Part shown: positions 1 to 8,417 of the stretch, one piece after another
Position numbering within the stretch: position 1 is the first letter of the stretch
Layout of the letters: each line of letters starts with the position of its first letter
From: a virus
Taxonomy: Duplodnaviria > Caudoviricetes
Strand: one strand, 5' to 3'
Length of the DNA stretch: 64,000 bases
Virus record (IMG/VR): IMGVR_UViG_3300025087_000689
Notes under the pieces: model-generated
The model's input: only the letters and a program-made list of their open reading frames with translations
What the model was told of the DNA's origin: nothing
Database searches by the model: none
Position numbers and translations under genes: made by a program

Positions 1-183
1 CTTACTAGCCCAAGTAACTTCGTGAATAGACACGCGATTGCTTTGTTTATCAATGATTTTTGATTTGCCTGTTTGGATTATCTTACAGATCTTTTGATAA
101 TCATCGTTGTTTAACTGCAAATCAAAACGTTCAAGTGCCCGCTGCTTTGCATGTCTGATTTGTGTTTTGTATTTTGATGACAT
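1..183 (-). CDS. Hypothetical protein, 3'-truncated by window edge; HAKQRALERF motif
   Basis: My translation: MSSKYKTQIRHAKQRALERFDLQLNNDDYQKICKIIQTGKSKIIDKQSNRVSIHEVTWASK...; AGGA upstream of ATG; not in ORF track (open end). Confidence 0.6.
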   Translation of the reverse strand, partial: MSSKYKTQIRHAKQRALERFDLQLNNDDYQKICKIIQTGKSKIIDKQSNRVSIHEVTWASK

Positions 184-192
184 GGTTTGTTC

Positions 193-360
193 CTACATGT
201 AGTGTTTAATGGCGATCGTAAGACCAACACAAAGACCAGTCATAGCTAAGCCAACCCAAGTCAAACCTTTGTTTCCACAGAACCAATGGAATGCAGCACA
301 GACAGCATTAATTGGTGTACAGATCAGAAGGATCTGAATGATTGTAAATGGATCGTTCAT
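193..360 (-). CDS. Small two-helix membrane protein
   Basis: ATG at 360 preceded by GAGGT; hydrophobic 55 aa (track ORF 193..387 extends further 5'). Confidence 0.55.
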   Translation of the reverse strand: MNDPFTIIQILLICTPINAVCAAFHWFCGNKGLTWVGLAMTGLCVGLTIAIKHYM

Positions 361-380
361 AAGATACCTCACTTTTAAGG

Positions 381-476
381 CTAGCAAAACGCAAAGATAA
401 TTAAGACAACGCCAATTATAGGATGACCTGCAAAAATGCAGATAATACCACCAATAAATATAATTATATTACGCAT
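381..476 (-). CDS. 31-aa hydrophobic micro-protein
   Basis: MRNIIIFIGGIICIFAGHPIIGVVLIIFAFC; AAGGA SD upstream. Confidence 0.5.
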   Translation of the reverse strand: MRNIIIFIGGIICIFAGHPIIGVVLIIFAFC

Positions 477-568
477 TGTAATTCCTTGTTTAGGTACAGA
501 CAATAATTTGATTAAAAATCATTCAATTATACATGTATAGTTATTATTGTCTGTCTTAAATTGACATG

Positions 569-772
569 TCATAGGCATTGTGATATATCCAATGTAAAAT
601 CTTGATAAAGGATATCGGGATAGTTATAGTTAACACTGTTGCCATCAGGTGAACATGATAAACAGTGTCTGCAATCTCCACAAACCCAGGAACCAATGAT
701 AACTATAGTCCCGTCATTTATAATACCATGTGAACATGGTATGCCATATTTATTTTTATATATCGTCAACAT
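569..772 (-). CDS. Small Cys-rich protein (CxxCxxC)
   Basis: Track ORF with CSH and CGDCRHC motifs. Confidence 0.45.
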   Translation of the reverse strand: MLTIYKNKYGIPCSHGIINDGTIVIIGSWVCGDCRHCLSCSPDGNSVNYNYPDILYQDFTLDISQCL

Positions 773-878
773 GTTTAATTTCCATCAATAGACGTTCATC
801 TGCGACTAACATATCAACGTTTAGATCTTCATCGTTGATAGTATCAACTGATCCGTCTTCCCATATTAGTTGAATCAT
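756..878 (-). CDS. Acidic 40-aa micro-protein
   Basis: MIQLIWEDGSVDTINDEDLNVDMLVADERLLMEIKHVDDI (12 D/E); AAAGGA SD. Confidence 0.45.
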   Translation of the reverse strand: MIQLIWEDGSVDTINDEDLNVDMLVADERLLMEIKHVDDI

Positions 879-886
879 ATAATCCT

Positions 887-1483
887 TTATTTGGTTTTAA
901 TTACTACACGTTTATTCTTAGTGAAATATAAACCATTTGGTTTAATAGTAGATTTTCGTCCAAGTATGTCATAATAATATAACATACTATAAGTTTTAGT
1001 GTTATAATGACGTGCTGGAATACTATGTTCTTTTGTAGTATTTAATGTATCGTCAATATTTGTCCATCTTTCGATTATTGTGGTGCGTATAAAATCTATT
1101 CCCGATGTATCAGAATTTATTGTTTCAAGAACAAATAATTTACCAACTACGTTATTCTGGTTTTTTATATAACGGGTAAATCCTTTACGTATAAGCATAA
1201 TATTATGTTGTAATATGGAATCGTTTATAGAATCTTTAACGAATAAGGTAGAATTTCTTTCGACTATTGTGGTATTGAGAGTGTTGTAGTAAATATAAGT
1301 TTTTATAGTAATGTCTAATACATTACTATCGGCGATACCAACACTTCCCTGATTACTATCTAAAGATACACCATCATTGTTACATCTGCCAGTCATTTGT
1401 ATAAAATGCTGAAATGTTAGTGTGTCGTGAATTGAAAATACATTATAGACCATTACAAGCAGGATTAGAGACGTGAATTTCAT
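887..1483 (-). CDS. Putative exported protein with signal peptide
   Basis: N-terminus MKFTSLILLVMVYNVFS; GGAG SD; AT-rich. Confidence 0.6.
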   Translation of the reverse strand: MKFTSLILLVMVYNVFSIHDTLTFQHFIQMTGRCNNDGVSLDSNQGSVGIADSNVLDITIKTYIYYNTLNTTIVERNSTLFVKDSINDSILQHNIMLIRKGFTRYIKNQNNVVGKLFVLETINSDTSGIDFIRTTIIERWTNIDDTLNTTKEHSIPARHYNTKTYSMLYYYDILGRKSTIKPNGLYFTKNKRVVIKTK

Positions 1484-1661
1484 AAGTACTCCAATAAGTT
1501 TAAGTCTGTTGGTTTAGTTAAAGACTCTATAGAACTGACACGACATGGTTCGTTAAATTAGATTTAAAAGGTTAATATTATAATATACTCATTGAAATGA
1601 ACTAACTTATGTTATGTTACTACCCCAATTACTTTATGAAGTCGCGGTAGGTGTAACCTTA

Positions 1662-1904
1662 TCATAAGTTTAAGATGTTAATGTCTGGAGATTCAGGTTT
1701 AGTAACTAAATCTAACTTACAAACAACAATAGAACCATGTTCAGTACAAGATATTATGTTTTTAGTAAAGGCTATAAACGCTTGTAAGACCTTAGGATCA
1801 AGGTAAACAGTATCAGTGGGATTGTGAGCGTCATTAGCTCTTAACTCGAACTGGAAGCCATCGTAGACAGCATAAAGACCGTCACCTAGATATACTGGTT
1901 CCAT
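1662..1904 (-). CDS. Hypothetical phage protein (YLGDGLY motif)
   Basis: Track ORF; AAGGA SD. Confidence 0.7.
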   Translation of the reverse strand: MEPVYLGDGLYAVYDGFQFELRANDAHNPTDTVYLDPKVLQAFIAFTKNIISCTEHGSIVVCKLDLVTKPESPDINILNL

Positions 1905-1907
1905 ATG

Positions 1908-2081
1908 TTATTCCTTATAGTTAATGACTCTTTTGAGTTCGTTTTCTAATAATATAACGTCTGAAGAACTGTGTTCTCTAAATCGTCGTATTACCTTCTG
2001 TAATAGGAAGGTGTAGCTTTTAGATGGAATGACTTCTTTATTATAATGAAGCCAAGTTTTACTAGAATAGATGTCAAACAT
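1908..2081 (-). CDS. Hypothetical 57-aa protein
   Basis: Open frame MFDIYSSKTWLHYNKEV...NYKE ending just upstream of the 1904 start; no clear SD. Confidence 0.35.
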   Translation of the reverse strand: MFDIYSSKTWLHYNKEVIPSKSYTFLLQKVIRRFREHSSSDVILLENELKRVINYKE

Positions 2082-2604
2082 AAGTTATTCATTAGTTGAA
2101 GTAATAAGTATGAATATTACGTAATATTATATATAGTTTACACCAATCTCTCATTTTCCCTCATTCGCCAATCTATCACCAGCAAATATATGTATATTAA
2201 TATATATTGATAGTATATATTGTTAAATACGTAAAATATGATATGAGTACATCTCGCAGCTACGCTGCAAAATATACATACTTAGTTCTCAACTATGTAT
2301 GTATATTTTCACCCCATATGCCCCTCAAGGGGCTATATCGCAACTATATAGTTGCTGTCCCCTCCCTAAAGGGCCCCACCCCTCCGGGGATGACTCTGTT
2401 TAGTCTCTTATTTAGCTCGTCTTTGAATACTGACATTGTGTTGTTCCTGTTTTTAAGTCATTATTACCCGCGAAAACGTTGTAGATACAGCGTTGATAGG
2501 TACTTATAGGCATAAATATAGGGGAATCGAGTCCTATTCAGCAGTTGCTACTGTGAGATGCTGTTTTCAGTCTCTATCCCCTTATTTATCGACTTCCTAA
2601 GCGT

Positions 2605-2979
2605 TTAGGCTTTGTGTGCAGCTTCAGCAGCAGTTGCCGTTGCATTTGCTGTTGCCTGAACTGCGTTGTACGCATTCATGACTGCAGCATTCAGTACGTT
2701 GCGTGCATCTGCCGTCAAAGCGTGGAAGATGTCATCGTATTCCGGCTTTCCGGTCTTTTCCGAGATGACTTCGGCACCTGCCTTGAATTTCTTGCGTCCG
2801 GGCATGGAGACGAATGTTCCCTTTTCGCCTTGGATTACGCGAATGCCATTGACGCGAAATGCACCATCCAACAGGTTGACGCTGCACAGTGCGAGCAGGT
2901 TGGAGTCTGCCTTCTGCGTTTTGTTCTTCATGAGAACGACGTTCTTCACTTCGATGGGCTCTTTGATCTGAGTACTCAT
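2605..2979 (-). CDS. spoVG: SpoVG-family nucleic-acid-binding protein
   Basis: ALCSVNL..AFRVNGIRVIQGEKGTFVSMP.RK...Y.DIFH.LT..AR..L..AV..AY matches the SpoVG pattern; ATG 2979 with AAGGAAG SD. Confidence 0.85.
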   Translation of the reverse strand: MSTQIKEPIEVKNVVLMKNKTQKADSNLLALCSVNLLDGAFRVNGIRVIQGEKGTFVSMPGRKKFKAGAEVISEKTGKPEYDDIFHALTADARNVLNAAVMNAYNAVQATANATATAAEAAHKA

Positions 2980-3065
2980 TGGTACTTCCTTTTGTTGATA
3001 GTTATGGACACTCAGTGTTTTATGGCTGACACAGAACCAATAGAGACTGAAACTAACTTTCGAGA

Positions 3066-3380
3066 CTAGATGTATCTCCACTGATGTTTCCTACGCATAT
3101 AGAAGAGATAACCCGCTATTGCCGAACACATGATACTTGAAGTTAGTAACCCCATCATTCCTTCTGCACCTAGAAAGGTTACTATGCCCAAAGTTATTGC
3201 AACATCCAGTATTATTGGCAAGAAACATACTGGAATCATGGGGATTATCATGATTTTCAATGGACCCCATAGCTGACTCCAAGTACGCATCAGATTATGG
3301 ATACTCCAATTGAGTTCAAGTATCATGAATACACCAGTAAGTATTGCTGTAATAGCAAAGAGGATTACTGTTGCAAACAT
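3066..3380 (-). CDS. Membrane protein, about 3 TM segments
   Basis: AGGAGG SD before ATG 3380; hydrophobic stretches. Confidence 0.75.
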   Translation of the reverse strand: MFATVILFAITAILTGVFMILELNWSIHNLMRTWSQLWGPLKIMIIPMIPVCFLPIILDVAITLGIVTFLGAEGMMGLLTSSIMCSAIAGYLFYMRRKHQWRYI

Positions 3381-3499
3381 ACTGTCCTCCTGGTTAAAAG
3401 GTAGCGGAGACAAGAAGTTCCTTTTCGCCTGCTTTCATTGCGGATTACCGCCAAAGGTTGGACTTCTACCAACACTTGCCTTTGATACGCTACGATGTA

Positions 3500-3730
3500 T
3501 TAAGTCTTTACTGCCGCGAGTTCTTTCTCTGCACGCCGTAACTCCATCTCCTTGTGGAAGTTGTAGCTGTAGCGTTTCTGCTCTTCGGTCGTGTCGATCT
3601 TCTCAGCCAACGTTTCGAGACCTTCAGCTGCTTTGGCACGGCCATCCAACACCAGGACTTTGGCGAAGTTCTTGCACAGGTTGAACGTTGAGTTTTCTTT
3701 CACTGAGTTGAGCGTGTTCTTGAGGTCCAT
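3500..3730 (-). CDS. Hypothetical protein
   Basis: Track ORF; AAGGAG SD. Confidence 0.7.
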   Translation of the reverse strand: MDLKNTLNSVKENSTFNLCKNFAKVLVLDGRAKAAEGLETLAEKIDTTEEQKRYSYNFHKEMELRRAEKELAAVKT

Positions 3731-3793
3731 CTGATACTCCTTGTTTTAATGTATTGAGTAGTTAGTATTTCCAACTACCCCGAAAATGAACTT

Positions 3794-4153
3794 TTACTTC
3801 TGCACTTCTTGTTTTGATTTGAGTGTATCAATCAACACCTGATTCAAATTATCCTGTGTTTTCATGATGGCATTCGCCTCTTTCAACGATACAAAAAGAT
3901 CCTCTATAATGGTTGCTTGTTTTACCATGTAGTGAAAGATTGTGCACATCATACTTGATTCACATGTATTGCAACATGTTTCTTTGTTCATAGTCTGCCT
4001 GTGTGCACAGTATGGTGAATTAATCAGGAACTGTTGTTGATACTTTCCCGCGAACTTAACAACTTCAGGATACACAGCTTCTTTTATGATATCCATTGGA
4101 TCCTCATTGTTTAAGGTAATGGTACTGGGGACAGAGGCACGATGGTTTGGCAT
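3794..4153 (-). CDS. Cys-rich hypothetical protein with C-terminal coiled coil
   Basis: Track ORF; CAH..CCNTC..C. Confidence 0.6.
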   Translation of the reverse strand: MPNHRASVPSTITLNNEDPMDIIKEAVYPEVVKFAGKYQQQFLINSPYCAHRQTMNKETCCNTCESSMMCTIFHYMVKQATIIEDLFVSLKEANAIMKTQDNLNQVLIDTLKSKQEVQK

Positions 4154-4178
4154 ATCCCCAGACTAGCGGAAAGGAACG

Positions 4179-5201
4179 CTAGTAAATTTCTTCTTTGGTA
4201 ACACGGTCAATAACGTTGCCATCCCACGTTGAGCCATAGCCATACTTGGCTATCAAGTGCTCGTACTCCTGAACGTGAATGTCAAGCTCTTCCATGTCTT
4301 CACACTCGGCATCTGCAATCATAGCTGCTTCTTCAGCCTTTTGCAGGAGTGTCATGGGCACGAACTCGATCTGGATCTCATCTTCAATTGGATATACTTC
4401 AAGAGCAATCTTATCCTTGAAGACTTTGGTCAACCACCACGCTAGATCTTTACTAAGTGAATAGGGATCACTTGAGTCTAGAGCCATGAAGATACCAAGT
4501 TTGAGGTGTTCCACACGTATTGCGTGTACCTCCTTGGATTCCTTTGGTATAGCTGGTACATCTAGGCGTGAGAACCACTCATGGTACAGATACACCATGA
4601 TGAGTTTCTTCATCTCATCCTTGATACCTGCGTTCTTATCAAGATCAGAGTTGAATTTCTCTGAGCGATAGAACCAGAGACCACGGGAGAATCCCATTCC
4701 CTTTTGTGGAGGGAGGCCAAGTCTGAATGTATACTGAGGTATGAAGCTGGTATTAAGCAGTTCCATAATCTTAGTATTGTCAGGGAATACGACAGTACGC
4801 TTTCTGTCAAATAGTTGGGAGAGGCATTTGTCCCAATTATTATGTTTGATCGTTGTCTTGTCTTCCTGCATCTGGTTAATGCAGCGTTTAGCTTCGTGAG
4901 GATTATGATAGAGATCTGTTGAATCATCCAACAGGTTATCATGTTTATCGTGAGGAGCAAAAGTGGCACCTGGATAAGTGGTGTCACGCTCAACAGGGGT
5001 GTGATCTTCGAAGTTGGGGCAGAGATTACGTGCGTGAACTACAAGTTCAGCAGTGTCAGCAATGTCACGTTTCTTATCCCGTATTGTAACGAGATCAAAC
5101 AAGACACTGGTTTTGGCACAGTGCAGGCAGAACTTGCAGGTGTTGATGAGAGCCAACGAATGACGGTTGGCGAATTTCCAATCCTGGACGTCGAGTTCCA
5201 T
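4179..5201 (-). CDS. Hypothetical protein with N-terminal CxxCxxC...C cluster
   Basis: 340-aa ORF; AAAGGA SD. Confidence 0.75.
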   Translation of the reverse strand: MELDVQDWKFANRHSLALINTCKFCLHCAKTSVLFDLVTIRDKKRDIADTAELVVHARNLCPNFEDHTPVERDTTYPGATFAPHDKHDNLLDDSTDLYHNPHEAKRCINQMQEDKTTIKHNNWDKCLSQLFDRKRTVVFPDNTKIMELLNTSFIPQYTFRLGLPPQKGMGFSRGLWFYRSEKFNSDLDKNAGIKDEMKKLIMVYLYHEWFSRLDVPAIPKESKEVHAIRVEHLKLGIFMALDSSDPYSLSKDLAWWLTKVFKDKIALEVYPIEDEIQIEFVPMTLLQKAEEAAMIADAECEDMEELDIHVQEYEHLIAKYGYGSTWDGNVIDRVTKEEIY

Positions 5202-5326
5202 AACAGAATCCTTTCATTGTGGCATCAATATCGATTATGATATATATAGCCGGTTTAGACACAAGAAACACTAGAAGAAATCCCTCTAGAGATCTTCTTG
5301 ACTTGAACTATAGAGGGTATCTGTTC

Positions 5327-5488
5327 TTAAATATCTCCCACATCTACGAGCACGAGCAACTGCATATTGCTTATAACAATCCCCCTTTCGTCTTTGGGTA
5401 ACGTTTGGTATTTATCTGTGTGACAGCAATCACCGTAGGGTTCATCGCAAATCTGACACAGATATGTACGGGTTTTAATAGCCTGCAT
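5327..5488 (-). CDS. Zinc-finger-like micro-protein
   Basis: AAGGAGG SD before ATG 5488; CQIC..CCH. Confidence 0.55.
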   Translation of the reverse strand: MQAIKTRTYLCQICDEPYGDCCHTDKYQTLPKDERGIVISNMQLLVLVDVGDI

Positions 5489-5624
5489 GTGTTGTCTCCT
5501 CCTTTGTTTTACAATTGTTGCATATAACTTCCCCAACTGCCTTTTCTTTGCTGCATATGGGGCACATCTTCTCTTTGCGTAGGAAGTACGCGGCTACACG
5601 CTTGAAGTTCTTGAATTTAGGCAT
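5475..5624 (-). CDS. Zinc-ribbon micro-protein
   Basis: MPKFKNFKRVAAYFLRKEKMCPICSKEKAVGEVICNNCKTKEETTHAGY; overlaps both neighbours. Confidence 0.55.
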   Translation of the reverse strand: MPKFKNFKRVAAYFLRKEKMCPICSKEKAVGEVICNNCKTKEETTHAGY

Positions 5625-5943
5625 AAGTGTAACCTTTCAAAGGCCGTTCCACTTTGAATGTCCTGCCCTGTACTGATATGCCCACATCTGACTTCTCGAA
5701 TGGTACTTCCAGGATCAGTTTGCCTGTCTTGGCTTTGTGATCCATTAAGTAAAAGCCGGAAGGAACTTCATCACCTTCAGCTTGATTCCTGTTGTCCATG
5801 TTGAAGACTTCGCACTTGCACAGGTTTGTGAACTTCTCACGAGTCATCTGCACATCGTAATTACCAAGACGCACAGTGATTGTCTGTTTTTGGACTTTGT
5901 TCATGAGCTTCTGGATGTCTCCAGGCAGTTGATCCTTCTTCAT
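5617..5943 (-). CDS. Hypothetical protein
   Basis: Track ORF; AAAGGA SD. Confidence 0.7.
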   Translation of the reverse strand: MKKDQLPGDIQKLMNKVQKQTITVRLGNYDVQMTREKFTNLCKCEVFNMDNRNQAEGDEVPSGFYLMDHKAKTGKLILEVPFEKSDVGISVQGRTFKVERPLKGYTYA

Positions 5944-5971
5944 TTGTATTCCTTTCTGTTAAGTTGTTAAG

Positions 5972-6178
5972 TTAGCGATGAACGCGATGAACGTGAATCC
6001 ATTCTCTGATCTTTTGTAATTCAGGATCAGATACTGTTCCTCCATTCGGGCCATGTGCAATATCTTCTTGCAGCATTCCGACTACGCCATTTGCTCCGTG
6101 GTCGTGACCTCTCCACCACGCAGGACAAGCACCATCGGTGCAATCAGTCTCGGGAGGAAATGTACAGGTATTAGGCAT
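5972..6178 (-). CDS. Small Cys/His-containing protein
   Basis: Track ORF; AAGGAG SD. Confidence 0.65.
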   Translation of the reverse strand: MPNTCTFPPETDCTDGACPAWWRGHDHGANGVVGMLQEDIAHGPNGGTVSDPELQKIREWIHVHRVHR

Positions 6179-6267
6179 TTGATACTCCTTATGTTAAATT
6201 TTGTGTAGATGACAAATAGGAAAGGCCCCTCTAGTTTAGTCCTAGAGAGGCTATTAATATAGGAGAC

Positions 6268-6456
6268 TTACTCGAATCTGATCTGTGCACGTTTGTGATG
6301 TTTGTCACAGCACACAGGGATTGTATAGTGTGGTCTGTCATAGTCGGGATGGTGTTCCATCCTTTCTGGTTTGCCACAGATCACACATACTTTACCAAGG
6401 AATTCACCAGCCTTTCTACGCATTCTGGTGATGTAGTGGGAGAATATTACTTTCAT
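6268..6456 (-). CDS. Minimal HNH-like zinc-binding protein
   Basis: CVICG....HHPDY..P....VCC..HH; coupled to upstream gene by TAATG overlap. Confidence 0.55.
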   Translation of the reverse strand: MKVIFSHYITRMRRKAGEFLGKVCVICGKPERMEHHPDYDRPHYTIPVCCDKHHKRAQIRFE

Positions 6457-7355
6457 TATTTCACCTCATCAGCGACGAAGATACCCTTTTTGGTGAGGAC
6501 TTTCCCGAATTCACCAATGTCCTTGGTATTGTCGAAGCAATTCGCGAAGATGAACTTCCAGAAGGAATAGTTCAGAGAGCCAGGGAGGCGTTTGCCCTTC
6601 AGATAGCTCTTGATTACCAACTGGTTGCGTGACAGGAAAGGTAATGCAATCCTGTAGTTGCTGTAGTTGAAGTAAGAAGCCCATGCTGCGAGACATGAAC
6701 CACGGGCAAACAAGCGATGCAGATCAGGAGCAATACCCTTCTGTAGTATGGTGTGCAGTTTGTTCACGAAGGCTGCGGTTGCTTTGATCTTTGTTGACGA
6801 GGGTTTGTCAGCCAGGAATTCTTTCTTCCCGCCGTCTTCATTGGTCTGAGCGTTGACCATGATACGTACAGCGTCACGGTAGTCAATTACGCATCCGTGT
6901 TTGTTGGATTTCTCCGCGAGTTTGAACTTGAGAGTTTCCTTGAGAGTATCCAACGCTTCACTGAAGCGTGAATTGGTATACAGCTTCCAGGATGGAGTGG
7001 GATTCACGAAGTTGTTATGAATACCCATCAGTTCCCTGACTTCCTTTGTGTTGATGTAATATATGCATACCAGGAAGAGTTCATCATCTGCGAGGTTGTC
7101 CTTGAAGTGATTGCCATCTATGATGACATCGTCACCACCCTTGACTTCGCCAGCGAATATGATACGCACAGCCTTGGATCCGTTCTCAATGTCTTCCTGT
7201 GCCTCATGTGTGGCAGGGCCTTCGTTGCTACGCTGGTGGATGTTCTTGCCATTGAAACGTGCTTTGAGTTCGCCGATTGTCATGTGGCAAAGATCGAACT
7301 TATAGTCCGAAATCTTGGCTTTGATGTCGGCTGCGATGTTGATGAGATTTTTCAT
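6456..7355 (-). CDS. ParB/DUF262-like N-terminal domain protein
   Basis: HQR and IIDGNH motifs resemble the (Y/F)QR...DGQHR ParB/Srx superfamily signature; AAGGAG SD. Confidence 0.5.
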   Translation of the reverse strand: MKNLINIAADIKAKISDYKFDLCHMTIGELKARFNGKNIHQRSNEGPATHEAQEDIENGSKAVRIIFAGEVKGGDDVIIDGNHFKDNLADDELFLVCIYYINTKEVRELMGIHNNFVNPTPSWKLYTNSRFSEALDTLKETLKFKLAEKSNKHGCVIDYRDAVRIMVNAQTNEDGGKKEFLADKPSSTKIKATAAFVNKLHTILQKGIAPDLHRLFARGSCLAAWASYFNYSNYRIALPFLSRNQLVIKSYLKGKRLPGSLNYSFWKFIFANCFDNTKDIGEFGKVLTKKGIFVADEVK

Positions 7356-7454
7356 GAGCAGATACTCCTTGTATTAATTCTTTCCTGACACTTTTGTCTA
7401 TGAGTGTGTCAACTCATTAATATCAAAAACGAAAATCCCCTCTAGTTTTTTAGG

Positions 7455-7649
7455 CTAGAGGAGACTATAAATGTTATCCGCCGAAACTGAATCTTGGCAC
7501 TTCTGGCACATACCAGATATGTTGTACTCACGCTTGGAGAGTTCATCTCTGAACAATCCGACAGGTTCATCGCATGTTGGGCACAAGTTGGCTTTGCATG
7601 TAGCCACGATTGCTGGATTGGCTTTGAAGAACGGCCGGTTGAAATCCAT
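7455..7649 (-). CDS. Small zinc-binding phage protein (CPxC..FRDELS..EY.ISG.CQ.CQD)
   Basis: Track ORF; AGGAGG SD. Confidence 0.7.
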   Translation of the reverse strand: MDFNRPFFKANPAIVATCKANLCPTCDEPVGLFRDELSKREYNISGMCQKCQDSVSADNIYSLL

Positions 7650-7701
7650 CAGACCTCCTAGTTAAGTTAAATTTAAGAAACACAATAACTAATCCCCTCT
7701 A

Positions 7702-7848
7702 TTACGAATTTTGCCGTAGGGAGGATTTTAAATTATCCAACTCTTCCCTGAGATGGGACTTAGGAATGATGAGCACACCCCTAAGTGAAACGAAACGATA
7801 CTCATCTTGGCCCCACTCTTCGTAAGTGCCAACTATTGTCTTAAACAT
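7702..7848 (-). CDS. 48-aa hypothetical protein
   Basis: MFKTIVGTYEEWGQDEYRF...; AAGGAG SD. Confidence 0.5.
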   Translation of the reverse strand: MFKTIVGTYEEWGQDEYRFVSLRGVLIIPKSHLREELDNLKSSLRQNS

Positions 7849-7925
7849 GGTAACTCCTTGGTTAAATGTAAAAGAAACACTAAGAAAATACCCTCTAGTT
7901 CATTAAGGGATTGGGGAGGGAGGGA

Positions 7926-8132
7926 TTAAAGATATCTCTTTTCAGTGACATGAACATCTAACTCCTTCAATAGATCTCCAAATACCTTCTTACGTTCCCA
8001 TGCAGGTAGTTGAAGAGCCCTAATCTTATTCTCATTAATCCACTCCTTTCTCTTTTGATTATAAAGTTTCTGGTACTCTTCAACCGATCCAGTAAAGTTA
8101 CGTAACTCGGTGTGTGAATGAAACGCTATCAT
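7926..8132 (-). CDS. Hypothetical protein
   Basis: Track ORF; GAGGAG SD. Confidence 0.65.
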   Translation of the reverse strand: MIAFHSHTELRNFTGSVEEYQKLYNQKRKEWINENKIRALQLPAWERKKVFGDLLKELDVHVTEKRYL

Positions 8133-8302
8133 ATGATCTCCTCAATAAAGTTAATGTTTTTAATGAGACCAATATCGATCTCATCAATAGGCACACTACG
8201 ATCAGGTTTCTTGCCCTCAGACAGAGTGATTAGTTTGTTTCTGGCCCATTATTGGGCCAATCTCGAGTGTTCTTCCTGTATGTCGAGTTCATCGTACATC
8301 AT
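8129..8302 (-). pseudogene. 57-codon frame interrupted by in-frame TAA
   Basis: MMYDELDIQEEHSRLAQ*WARNKLITLSEGKKPDRSVPIDEIDIGLIKNINFIEEII; AAAGG SD; ends in ATGA overlap with the next gene. Confidence 0.4.
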
Positions 8303-8417
8303 AATAATACCTTTCTACGGTTAACCTATACACCGTAAGGTAGTTGAGTTTTTACTATCGCGATTTTTTAGTATACCTAATATGGTAGTTTAAGGGTATT
8401 CTACCAACCATGAACAG

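Noticed and set aside
2207-2509. 100-aa plus-strand ORF in the origin-like gap
   Set aside because: No SD, wrong strand for the arm, and runs through palindromic low-complexity DNA
2614-3069. Plus-strand ORFs 2614..3069 and 2666..2971, and other antisense track ORFs over long genes
   Set aside because: They shadow well-supported genes on the opposite strand, lack SDs and have no recognisable motifs
2600-7400. Higher GC in the left arm as evidence of horizontal acquisition
   Set aside because: The capsid gene shows a similar C-ending codon bias, so expression-level codon choice explains it equally well
7455-7490. Possible 1-nt deletion at the end of the 7455 gene (adding a T gives CQDSVFGG-stop)
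   Set aside because: Rests only on my recollection of the family consensus; cannot be tested without reads or homologues
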